Under the pieces are notes generated by a model that saw nothing but the letters and a program-made list of their open reading frames with translations, ran no database searches and had not been told where the DNA came from. A stretch of 24,024 nucleotides of DNA from Pseudomonadota bacterium (GTDB taxonomy: Bacteria > Pseudomonadota > Alphaproteobacteria > Rhodobacterales > Rhodobacteraceae). Positions 1-7,106 of the stretch are shown here, in pieces. The stretch lies in assembly GCA_038530475.1 (NCBI GenBank), contig JBCBCS010000028.1, forward strand, positions 1 through 24,024, read 5' to 3'. Every line of letters begins with the position of its first letter. The first letter of the stretch is position 1. The translations under genes and the position numbers were made by a program.

Positions 1-1572
1 GAAGCGGGCCAGGCCATCATCGACGTCGGCTACAAGATGGAAGGCCGCGTTGACGTCAAAGAATTCGCAAATCCCGGCGAAGCCCCTGAAATCGCAGTTG
101 GTGACGAAGTCGAAGTCTTCCTTCGCTCGTCCGAAAACGCCCGTGGCGAAGCTGTCATCTCGCGTGAGATGGCCCGCCGCGAAGAAGCATGGGACCGTCT
201 GGAAAAAGCATATGCCGACGAAGAGCGCGTCGAAGGCGCCATCTTCGGTCGCGTCAAGGGTGGCTTCACGGTCGACCTTGGTGGCGCTGTGGCGTTCCTG
301 CCCGGCTCTCAGGTTGATGTGCGCCCTGTGCGCGACGCTGGCCCGCTGATGGGTCTCAAGCAGCCGTTCCAGATCCTCAAGATGGACCGTCGTCGGGGCA
401 ACATCGTTGTGTCGCGTCGCGCGATCCTCGAAGAATCCCGCGCCGAACAGCGTGCCGAAGTCATCGGCAACCTCAGCGAAGGCATGAACGTGGACGGTGT
501 CGTCAAGAACATCACCGAATACGGTGCGTTCGTTGACCTCGGCGGCGTTGACGGTCTGCTGCACGTCACCGACATGGCGTGGCGCCGTGTGAACCACCCG
601 TCCGAGATCCTCGCCATTGGTGAGACGATCAAGGTGCAGGTCATCAAGATCAACAAGGAAACCCACCGCATCAGCCTCGGCATGAAGCAGCTGCAGGACG
701 ATCCGTGGGATGCCGTGGCCGCCAAGTATCCGCTGGACAGCACCCATACGGGCCGCGTGACCAACATCACCGATTACGGTGCCTTTGTTGAACTCGAAGC
801 CGGTGTCGAAGGTCTGGTTCACGTCTCCGAGATGTCCTGGACCAAGAAGAACGTCCATCCGGGTAAAATCGTGTCCACCTCTCAGGAAGTGGAAGTCATG
901 GTGCTGGAGATCGACGAGGCCAAGCGCCGCGTCTCCCTCGGCCTCAAGCAGACGATGCGCAACCCGTGGGAAGTCTTTGCTGAAACCCATCCGGAAGGCA
1001 CCGAGGTCGAAGGCGAAGTCAAGAACATCACCGAATTCGGTCTGTTCGTTGGCCTTGAGGGCGACATCGACGGCATGGTTCACCTGTCCGACCTGACATG
1101 GGAAGGCCGTGGCGAAGACGTGATCGGTGACTACCGCAAAGGCGACATGGTTCAGGCCAAAGTCACCGAAGTGGACGTCGAGAAAGAGCGCATCAGCCTG
1201 TCGATCAAAGCCATGGACGACAGCTTCTCTGGTGCAGTGGACGGCGTGAAGCGCGGCTCCATCATCACTGTTGAAGTGACCTCCATCGAGGATGGCGGCA
1301 TTGAGGTGGAATACGAAGGCGCCAAGTCCTTCATCCGCCGCTCTGACCTGTCCCGTGACCGTGCCGAGCAGCGCCCTGAGCGTTTCCAGGTCGGTGACAA
1401 GGTCGACGTGCGCGTGACCAACATCGACAGCAAGACCCGTCGTCTGGGTCTGTCGATCAAGGCACGTGAAATCGCTGAGGAGAAAGAAGCCGTGGAACAG
1501 TTCGGCTCTTCCGACAGCGGTGCGTCCTTGGGCGATATCCTCGGCGCTGCACTGAACAAAGGCGACGACTAA
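1..1572 (+). CDS. rpsA: 30S ribosomal protein S1, 5'-truncated by window edge (C-terminal S1 repeat domains)
   Basis: Frame 1 is open from nt 1 (EAGQAIIDVGYKMEGR...). Repeated S1 motifs (GxV..I..YGAFV.L..GV.GL.H.S) appear several times. The gene ends with an acidic tail and is followed by a strong intrinsic terminator. Confidence 0.95.
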   Translation, partial: EAGQAIIDVGYKMEGRVDVKEFANPGEAPEIAVGDEVEVFLRSSENARGEAVISREMARREEAWDRLEKAYADEERVEGAIFGRVKGGFTVDLGGAVAFLPGSQVDVRPVRDAGPLMGLKQPFQILKMDRRRGNIVVSRRAILEESRAEQRAEVIGNLSEGMNVDGVVKNITEYGAFVDLGGVDGLLHVTDMAWRRVNHPSEILAIGETIKVQVIKINKETHRISLGMKQLQDDPWDAVAAKYPLDSTHTGRVTNITDYGAFVELEAGVEGLVHVSEMSWTKKNVHPGKIVSTSQEVEVMVLEIDEAKRRVSLGLKQTMRNPWEVFAETHPEGTEVEGEVKNITEFGLFVGLEGDIDGMVHLSDLTWEGRGEDVIGDYRKGDMVQAKVTEVDVEKERISLSIKAMDDSFSGAVDGVKRGSIITVEVTSIEDGGIEVEYEGAKSFIRRSDLSRDRAEQRPERFQVGDKVDVRVTNIDSKTRRLGLSIKAREIAEEKEAVEQFGSSDSGASLGDILGAALNKGDD

Positions 1573-1598
1573 GTCGTTCGGCAAATACGTCAGTCCAA

Positions 1599-1637
1599 GG
1601 CCCCGCCAGTTTCGCTGGCGGGGCCTTTCCTTTTGTG
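1599..1637 (+). terminator. Rho-independent terminator of rpsA
   Basis: 11-bp GC-rich stem GGCCCCGCCAG/CTGGCGGGGCC with a 5-nt loop, followed by TTTCCTTTTGTG. Confidence 0.85.
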
Positions 1638-1877
1638 TTGCGAGGTGCGTCCGAATCACGCGGCATTGCTGCGTTGCAGCAATGAAGCTCATTGCAAAGA
1701 ACCGCTTTTCCGAAACTGCTTTCAGCGCAGGTTTCAGTCGAAATGCATGGAAAAACCGCAGTTTTCCAAGGGCCAAGCGGTTGATGCATCCTTTCACGGG
1801 GCCAATTTCCGGCCTATAGTCCGTGAACGAGATCGCCGTATTCAATGGCGGCAGACCAGTTCGGGGGGAACACGCCT

Positions 1878-2159
1878 ATGATCCGTTCGGAGTTGATCGA
1901 AAAGATCGCATCTGACAATCCGCATCTCTATCAGCGGGACGTCGAACGGATCGTTAATACGATCTTTGACCGTATCATCGACGCCATGGCCCAGGGCAAC
2001 CGGGTTGAACTGCGCGGCTTTGGTGCGTTTTCGGTTAAGAAGCGGGACGCACGGCTCGGGCGGAACCCGCGCACAGGTGAGGCTGTGCAAGTCGATGAGA
2101 AACACGTCCCCTTTTTTAAGACCGGCAAGCTCTTGCGGGACCGGCTCAACGGGAAGTAA
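1878..2159 (+). CDS. ihfB: Integration host factor beta subunit
   Basis: [11 protein letters not shown]...[12 protein letters not shown]...[10 protein letters not shown]....PFFK.GK.LRDR is the canonical IHF-beta/HU fold signature. A G-rich SD (GGGGGGA) lies 8 nt upstream of the ATG at 1878. The six-frame ORF (from 1845) was trimmed to this ATG. Confidence 0.9.
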   Translation: MIRSELIEKIASDNPHLYQRDVERIVNTIFDRIIDAMAQGNRVELRGFGAFSVKKRDARLGRNPRTGEAVQVDEKHVPFFKTGKLLRDRLNGK

Positions 2160-2168
2160 ACTCCCCTT

Positions 2169-2519
2169 ATGAAATATATCAAATATTCGTTCTGGGGGAT
2201 CGTGGCGATCTGCCTGGTAGTGGTTGGTATGGCCAACCGAGAGATCGTGACGCTGCGCGCTATGCCCGAGGCCCTCGCGACGCCGCTTGGCATTTCTCCG
2301 GACATCCAGATGCCATTGTTCATGGCGATCTTCATTGGCGTTGGCCTCGGCCTGTTGATCGGGTTCCTGTGGGAATGGGTACGCGAACACCGGATGCGGG
2401 CGGACGCCCGCGCCAAAGCGCGTGAGGTGGATGCGCTGAAGCGTGAGGTCGACAGCCTGAAAACCGAGAAGCACGAAGGCAAAGACGAAGTCATTGCGCT
2501 TTTGGACAAAACCGGCTGA
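2169..2519 (+). CDS. LapA-domain (DUF1049) inner-membrane protein: two TM helices plus a C-terminal coiled-coil
   Basis: Hydrophobic helices [14 protein letters not shown] and [19 protein letters not shown] are followed by a charged coiled-coil ([16 protein letters not shown]). Its position immediately downstream of ihfB is as I recall it from other alphaproteobacteria. Confidence 0.7.
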   Translation: MKYIKYSFWGIVAICLVVVGMANREIVTLRAMPEALATPLGISPDIQMPLFMAIFIGVGLGLLIGFLWEWVREHRMRADARAKAREVDALKREVDSLKTEKHEGKDEVIALLDKTG

Positions 2520-2524
2520 CGGTC

Positions 2525-3178
2525 ATGCCCACTGACATTCGGATCAAGATGTGTGGTCTGCGGACAGCAGGCGACATCTCGGCCGCTGTAAAGGCCGGAT
2601 CGGCCTATGTCGGCTTTGTGTTCTTCACCAAATCGCCGCGCAACGTGACATTGCCAGAGGCGGCAGCGCTTGCCGCCGAAGTGCCGGTCGGCGTAATGAA
2701 AGTGGCGCTTGTGGTGGATCCTGACGATGCGTTTCTGGACGCCTTATTGGATCAGGTCCCCATCGACATGATCCAGCTGCACGGGGCTGAGACACCGGCG
2801 CGGGTGACGGAGGTAAGGGCCAAAACCGGCCTTCCGGTGATGAAAGCCATTGGGATCGCGGGGGCCGATGATCTGGACAAGATCGACACGTATTCCGCAG
2901 TGGCCGATCAGTTGCTGATTGATGCGAAACCGCCGAAGCACGGTGACCTGCCCGGCGGAAATGGCCTGTCCTTCGATTGGCGTCTGCTCGCCAACCGCAA
3001 ATACTGGACGACGCCGTGGATGCTGGCCGGGGGCCTCACGCCCGAAAATGTGGGCGAGGCTGTGCAATTGACAGGTGCCCGACAGGTCGACCTGTCATCG
3101 GCGCTGGAATCCGCGCCGGGGGTGAAGGATGCCGGCAAGATCGCGGCGTTTGGTGCGGCGGTGGCAAAGATTTCTTAA
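2525..3178 (+). CDS. trpF: N-(5'-phosphoribosyl)anthranilate isomerase
   Basis: KMCGL....D...A...GA...GFVF...SPR.V motif near the N-terminus, QLHG.E in the middle and LAGGL.P.NV near the C-terminus are typical of TrpF (PRAI). It lies upstream of trpB. Confidence 0.9.
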   Translation: MPTDIRIKMCGLRTAGDISAAVKAGSAYVGFVFFTKSPRNVTLPEAAALAAEVPVGVMKVALVVDPDDAFLDALLDQVPIDMIQLHGAETPARVTEVRAKTGLPVMKAIGIAGADDLDKIDTYSAVADQLLIDAKPPKHGDLPGGNGLSFDWRLLANRKYWTTPWMLAGGLTPENVGEAVQLTGARQVDLSSALESAPGVKDAGKIAAFGAAVAKIS

Positions 3179-3201
3179 CCACGCTTTGGCAGTGTCTGGG
3201 C

Positions 3202-3432
3202 ATGCCAGCATTGCCCGAACATCTTAGCCCTGAAGCCGGGACCGAACATGTCTTTTCTTCCGCATCGGCTCGGCACGGGGGGGTCGTCAAACGCGCGATC
3301 CGCGATGTCGAGCGTTTGGCGGGCTACGAGTATTTCATGTCAGAAGGGGAGCGACGCGGATTTCAGGCGGTGCGCAATGGCAAACACTTTGTGATCTTCT
3401 GCAATCAGCTCCCCATTCGCCGCGTGCGGTGA
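3202..3432 (+). CDS. Small hypothetical protein (77 aa) in the trpF-trpB intergenic region; plausible counterpart of the small ORF reported between trpF and trpB in Rhodobacter
   Basis: ATG-initiated ORF MPALPEHLSPEAG...GYEYFMSEGERRGFQAVRNGKHFVIFCNQLPIRRVR. No convincing SD. Its stop codon (3430-3432) abuts the first of three palindromes. Not a recognisable domain. Confidence 0.35.
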   Translation: MPALPEHLSPEAGTEHVFSSASARHGGVVKRAIRDVERLAGYEYFMSEGERRGFQAVRNGKHFVIFCNQLPIRRVR

Positions 3433-3434
3433 GA

Positions 3435-3497
3435 CGCGTCTTCGAAGACGCGAGGACCGCGATTTTCAAATCGCGATTCAGGCATTTCGAAATGCCT
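3435..3497. repeat. Three tandem perfect palindromes (potential hairpins) immediately upstream of trpB
   Basis: Three perfect inverted repeats, each centred on TTCGAA or TTTCAAA, separated by 5 and 4 nt: CGCGTCTTCGAAGACGCG (3435-3452), CGCGATTTTCAAATCGCG (3458-3475) and AGGCATTTCGAAATGCCT (3480-3497). Confidence 0.8.
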
Positions 3498-3573
3498 TGG
3501 GCCTGCGGCAGCGTTTCGCTTTACCGCCCCCCTGCACCGCGCTACATCTCTCGCCAGCCTTAGGGAGAGCGCG

Positions 3574-4821
3574 ATGCCTGATGATCTGATCAATTCCTTC
3601 ATGACCGGTCCGGATGAGAACGGCCGGTTCGGCAAATTCGGCGGACGTTTCGTGTCCGAGACGCTGATGCCGCTGATCCTTGAACTTGAACGTCAGTATG
3701 AGATCGCGAAAACCGACGACAGTTTCTGGGCTGAGATGCATGACCTTTGGACCCATTACGTCGGCCGCCCGTCGCCGCTCTACTTCGCAGAACGTCTGAC
3801 GGAGCATCTGGGTGGTGCCAAGATCTATATGAAGCGTGATGAGCTCAACCACACCGGGGCGCACAAGATCAACAATGTGCTGGGGCAGATCATCCTTGCC
3901 CGTCGCATGGGTAAGACCCGGATCATCGCAGAGACCGGCGCGGGCCAGCATGGCGTGGCCACAGCGACCGTCTGCGCCAAATTCGGGCTGAAATGCGTGG
4001 TCTATATGGGCGCCCATGATGTGGAGCGTCAGGCCCCCAACGTGTTCCGCATGAAGCTGCTTGGCGCTGAGGTGATCCCGGTGACCTCTGGCCGTGGCAC
4101 CCTCAAGGATGCGATGAACGACGCGTTGCGCGATTGGGTGACCAATGTGCGCGACACGTTTTACTGCATCGGCACCGTCGCAGGCCCGCACCCCTATCCG
4201 GCCATGGTCCGCGATTTCCAGTCGATCATCGGCAAAGAATGCAAAGAGCAGATGGACGCCGCCGAGGGCCGTCTGCCCGACACGATCATCGCGGCCATTG
4301 GCGGCGGGTCCAATGCGATGGGCCTGTTCTATCCGTTCCTCGACGACAAATCGGTGAACATCATCGGGGTTGAGGCGGGCGGTAAGGGCGTCAATGACAA
4401 GATGGAGCATTGTGCGTCGCTCACCGGGGGGCGCCCGGGCGTGCTTCATGGCAATCGCACCTATCTGCTTCAGGACGATGACGGGCAGATCCTCGAAGGC
4501 TATTCAATCTCTGCCGGACTGGATTATCCCGGCATCGGGCCGGAGCATTCCTGGCTCAACGACATTGGCCGGGCGCAATATGTCTCGATCACCGACAAGG
4601 AAGCGCTTGAGGCGTTCCAGCTGTGCTGCACGACCGAAGGGATCATTCCAGCCTTGGAGCCCTCCCACGCGTTGGCCCATGTGATGAAGATCGCGCCGGA
4701 CTTGCCCAAGGACCACATCCTTTGCATGAACATGTGCGGGCGGGGCGACAAGGATATCTTCACCGTCGCCCGGCATCTGGGGTTCGATATGTCGGGTCCG
4801 GAAGGGCGCAACGTCGAATAA
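3574..4821 (+). CDS. trpB: Tryptophan synthase beta chain
   Basis: GRFG.FGG.FV.ETLM..L.EL, the PLP-lysine region [19 protein letters not shown] and the GGGSNA(M)G motif are all present. SD AGGGAGAG lies upstream of the ATG. Confidence 0.95.
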   Translation: MPDDLINSFMTGPDENGRFGKFGGRFVSETLMPLILELERQYEIAKTDDSFWAEMHDLWTHYVGRPSPLYFAERLTEHLGGAKIYMKRDELNHTGAHKINNVLGQIILARRMGKTRIIAETGAGQHGVATATVCAKFGLKCVVYMGAHDVERQAPNVFRMKLLGAEVIPVTSGRGTLKDAMNDALRDWVTNVRDTFYCIGTVAGPHPYPAMVRDFQSIIGKECKEQMDAAEGRLPDTIIAAIGGGSNAMGLFYPFLDDKSVNIIGVEAGGKGVNDKMEHCASLTGGRPGVLHGNRTYLLQDDDGQILEGYSISAGLDYPGIGPEHSWLNDIGRAQYVSITDKEALEAFQLCCTTEGIIPALEPSHALAHVMKIAPDLPKDHILCMNMCGRGDKDIFTVARHLGFDMSGPEGRNVE

Positions 4822-4829
4822 TACGGTCA

Positions 4830-5147
4830 ATGAACAACAAGTTGCGGTCCACGTTGCGGCGGACGCGCCGGATGGAGGACCAGTTGCGGGCCGCATCAGG
4901 TGCATTCATGGAACTGATGCAGGACCGTTTCGATGTCTGGGGCCTGACGGCCGCTGAACAGGATGTCGCGCTGTTTTCCATCAAAGGAATGTCCACCGCA
5001 GAGATTGCGGCATTGCGCGGCACATCGGAAGGCACAGTCAAAGCCCAAACGAATGCGATTTACCGCAAGGCAGGGGTCACCGGTCGGCCCCAGCTGCTAA
5101 GTCTGTTCATCGAGGACCTGATCGAAATCCCAGCCCCCGCCAAATGA
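4830..5147 (+). CDS. Small LuxR/GerE-type HTH transcriptional regulator (solo)
   Basis: C-terminal LTAAEQDVALFSIKGMSTAEIAALRGTSEGTVKAQTNAIYRKAGV matches the LuxR-family HTH. There is no receiver or autoinducer domain. The start is uncertain: no SD before 4830, and an alternative ATG at 4872. Confidence 0.55.
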   Translation: MNNKLRSTLRRTRRMEDQLRAASGAFMELMQDRFDVWGLTAAEQDVALFSIKGMSTAEIAALRGTSEGTVKAQTNAIYRKAGVTGRPQLLSLFIEDLIEIPAPAK

Positions 5148-5439
5148 TTGCCTTGCTTTGCTTTTCAGATGCTGCGGATAGATACTGATCCGGGGGCGCT
5201 CAGCTCTATCTTCATCCGTCGATCTTTTCAAAAATTACCCATGCGCGAAACATTGTTGCGCAAAAATCACGACCTTTACGCTGCGGAAATGTTCGGCGTT
5301 GATCGAATCCGGCAGTGCGCCGATACCCCGCCTCCCGATGACACGGGATCTGATCCTAGCGGCAAGAGGTGATCACTCTTCCGGTGCGGGCGGCGCTGCC
5401 GACCACGTATACCAGGGCTGATTTCGCGATTTGGGACTA

Positions 5440-5512
5440 CGCTGTGTAGCTCATTTGGTAGAGCATTCGACTGCTAATCGAATTGGAGCGGGTTCGATTC
5501 CCGTCACAACGA
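5440..5512 (+). tRNA. Atypical tRNA-like gene with anticodon loop CTGCTAA (GCU) but a short (type I) variable arm; possibly a degenerate or pseudo tRNA
   Basis: A cloverleaf can be drawn: acceptor CGCTGTG/CACAACG (one C-A mismatch), D-arm GCTC-ATTTGGTA-GAGC, anticodon stem TTCGA/TCGAA with loop CTGCTAA, 5-nt variable region, T-arm GCGGG-TTCGATT-CCCGT, and no encoded CCA. Position 15 is T rather than a purine. Confidence 0.5.
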
Positions 5513-5919
5513 CAAACGGTGCAACAGACGGCGCCACCGGCCTTTCACGCCGGTCCGCATGAGCGGTCCAAACTAAATGGATCCGGGGCTGTCCCAGCAG
5601 GGGCGCCCATCGGGCTGACGGTGCGCCGAAAGCCTGCGGGTCCGCACCTGCTCTGGCCGCGTGGCCGGGCGTCGGGATGATGACGCGATGCGTTGTGTGC
5701 CGGAGGGCCGGGATTTCGATCCTTGCCGTCCCGCGGCAGGGCGGGTCGTCCGCTCAGCCCGCGCTCCGCGACGGGTCATGGCGCGGGGCGGTTCCGGGTC
5801 TTTCCTTGCCCAATCCCGGGCGCAACACCTGTCGGCGATCCTCGCCGCAACCCACCACCAACCAAAAGGAGTTCGCACCTTGCGACGACGATGATCTGAC
5901 AAAACGAAGGAGTACAGAC

Positions 5920-7053
5920 ATGACATTGCTTGATTTTCTCGTAGGCCGACAGCGGCTTACCCTCACTGAGACCCAACGCGCATTGGTGATGCGCAATGGT
6001 CGGTTTGACCGGGTTCTTGGGCCGGGGCGGCATAGCCTCCCCCGCGCGCATACGGTGATCCACACCTTCGACATGTCTGATCCGCAGTTCTTGTCCGATC
6101 TCGGCCCCGCCTTGCGGCGCGCCCGTCCGGACCTTGTGGAGGCGCATTTCGTGCATGTGCAGACTGGCGCGGATGAGGTTGCTTTGCTCGTCCGGGATGG
6201 CCGGGCGTTCCAGGTGGTCACGCCGGACCAGCATGTGATGGTCTGGGCAGACGCTGGTCCGTGGACGGTCGAACGGTTCGACCTTTCCACCTCCCATGCC
6301 GTCCCTGCGGCTTTGGCCCAGCGACTTGTCCGGTCGGGTCTTGGCTGGGTCCTCGCCTCCTTTGAGGTGCCGCTTGGACATGTCGGGATCTTGTCCGTGG
6401 ACGGAGACGTCACTGGACAGCTTGGTGCCGGGACACACTGGTTCTGGACGCTCGGGCGGAAGCACTTGGTAAAGCTCGTGGATACCCGCTGGCAGACGCA
6501 AGAGGTGACGGGGCAAGAGATTTTGATCCGCGACCGTGTCTCGCTTCGGGTGAACATCGCCGCTGATATGCGGGTGACTGATCCGATGCGGGCGGTGACC
6601 GAGGCCAAGGACTTTGCAGGCGCACTTCACGTGTCCTTGCAATTGGCCTTCCGGAAGACGTTGGGCGCGCTCACGCTCGACCAGCTTCTTGCGGACAAGG
6701 TTTCGGTGTCCGAGGCTGCTGCCCAGCGGGTGCGCACCGACATGGCTGCCCTTGGCCTTGAGGTGGGGGAGATCGCGTTGAAAGACGTGATCCTTCCCGG
6801 CGACATGCGTGAAATTTTGACCTCCGTGGTCGCCGCGCAGAAAGAGGCCGAGGCCAACGTGATCCGCCGGCGTGAGGAAACGAACGCCACCCGGTCGCTT
6901 CTCAACACGGCCAAAGTGATGGCAGAGAACCCTGTCATGCTTCGGTTGAAAGAGCTTGAAGCGCTCGAAGGGATCGCCGGTAAAGTTGAGCGCTTGACGG
7001 TGCACAACGGGACCGAGGGCCTCTTGGGTGACATCGTCCGCTTGCGGGACTGA
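5920..7053 (+). CDS. SPFH/band-7 (stomatin/prohibitin/flotillin-like) domain protein, cytosolic type (no TM helix), with a large insertion inside the domain
   Basis: N-terminus ALVMRNGRFDRVLGPGRH resembles the first strand of SPFH domains. The remainder of the domain (ILIRDRVSLRVNIAADMRVTDPMRAVTE ... ALGLEVGEIALKDV) and a coiled-coil tail (AQKEAEANVIRRREETNATR) follow after a ~190-aa insertion. SD AGGAG lies 7 nt upstream of the ATG at 5920. The six-frame ORF's upstream extension (from 5677) is Arg/Pro-rich junk. Confidence 0.7.
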   Translation: MTLLDFLVGRQRLTLTETQRALVMRNGRFDRVLGPGRHSLPRAHTVIHTFDMSDPQFLSDLGPALRRARPDLVEAHFVHVQTGADEVALLVRDGRAFQVVTPDQHVMVWADAGPWTVERFDLSTSHAVPAALAQRLVRSGLGWVLASFEVPLGHVGILSVDGDVTGQLGAGTHWFWTLGRKHLVKLVDTRWQTQEVTGQEILIRDRVSLRVNIAADMRVTDPMRAVTEAKDFAGALHVSLQLAFRKTLGALTLDQLLADKVSVSEAAAQRVRTDMAALGLEVGEIALKDVILPGDMREILTSVVAAQKEAEANVIRRREETNATRSLLNTAKVMAENPVMLRLKELEALEGIAGKVERLTVHNGTEGLLGDIVRLRD

Positions 7054-7068
7054 TCCCGTTTAAAAGAA

Positions 7069-7104
7069 GGGCCGATCCGGGATGCCGGGTCGGCCCGTTT
7101 TTTG
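7069..7104. terminator. Bidirectional intrinsic terminator between the convergent SPFH gene and the lipase gene
   Basis: 12-bp stem GGGCCGATCCGG/CCGGGTCGGCCC (one G-U pair) with loop GATG, followed by GTTTTTTG on the + strand. A T-rich stretch also follows it on the - strand. Confidence 0.8.
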
Positions 7105-7106
7105 TC

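Noticed and set aside
1633-1881. 82-aa ORF in the rpsA-ihfB spacer
   Set aside because: Cys-rich, no SD, and it overlaps palindromic/structured DNA. More likely a non-coding leader.
2977-3432. 151-aa ORF overlapping the 3' end of trpF
   Set aside because: The first 75 codons overlap trpF in another frame and are Gly/Arg/Cys-rich shadow sequence. Only the part downstream of the in-frame ATG at 3202 (after the trpF stop) looks protein-like, so the shorter ORF was retained, with low confidence.
3478-4449. 323-aa ORF on - strand
   Set aside because: Antisense to trpB.
5148-5440. 74-aa ORF (5148-5372) and AT-richer non-coding stretch upstream of the tRNA-like element
   Set aside because: No SD, poor codon composition. 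Likely a promoter/spacer region for the tRNA-like gene.
5677-5919. N-terminal extension of the SPFH ORF (MMTRCVVCRRAG...)
   Set aside because: Arg/Pro/Ser/Gly-rich, no SD, and the SPFH first strand begins right after the ATG at 5920, which has a good AGGAG SD.
5776-7005. 409-aa ORF on - strand (and 5754-6608, 284 aa)
   Set aside because: Antisense shadow of the SPFH gene. Arg/Pro/His-rich, no motifs.
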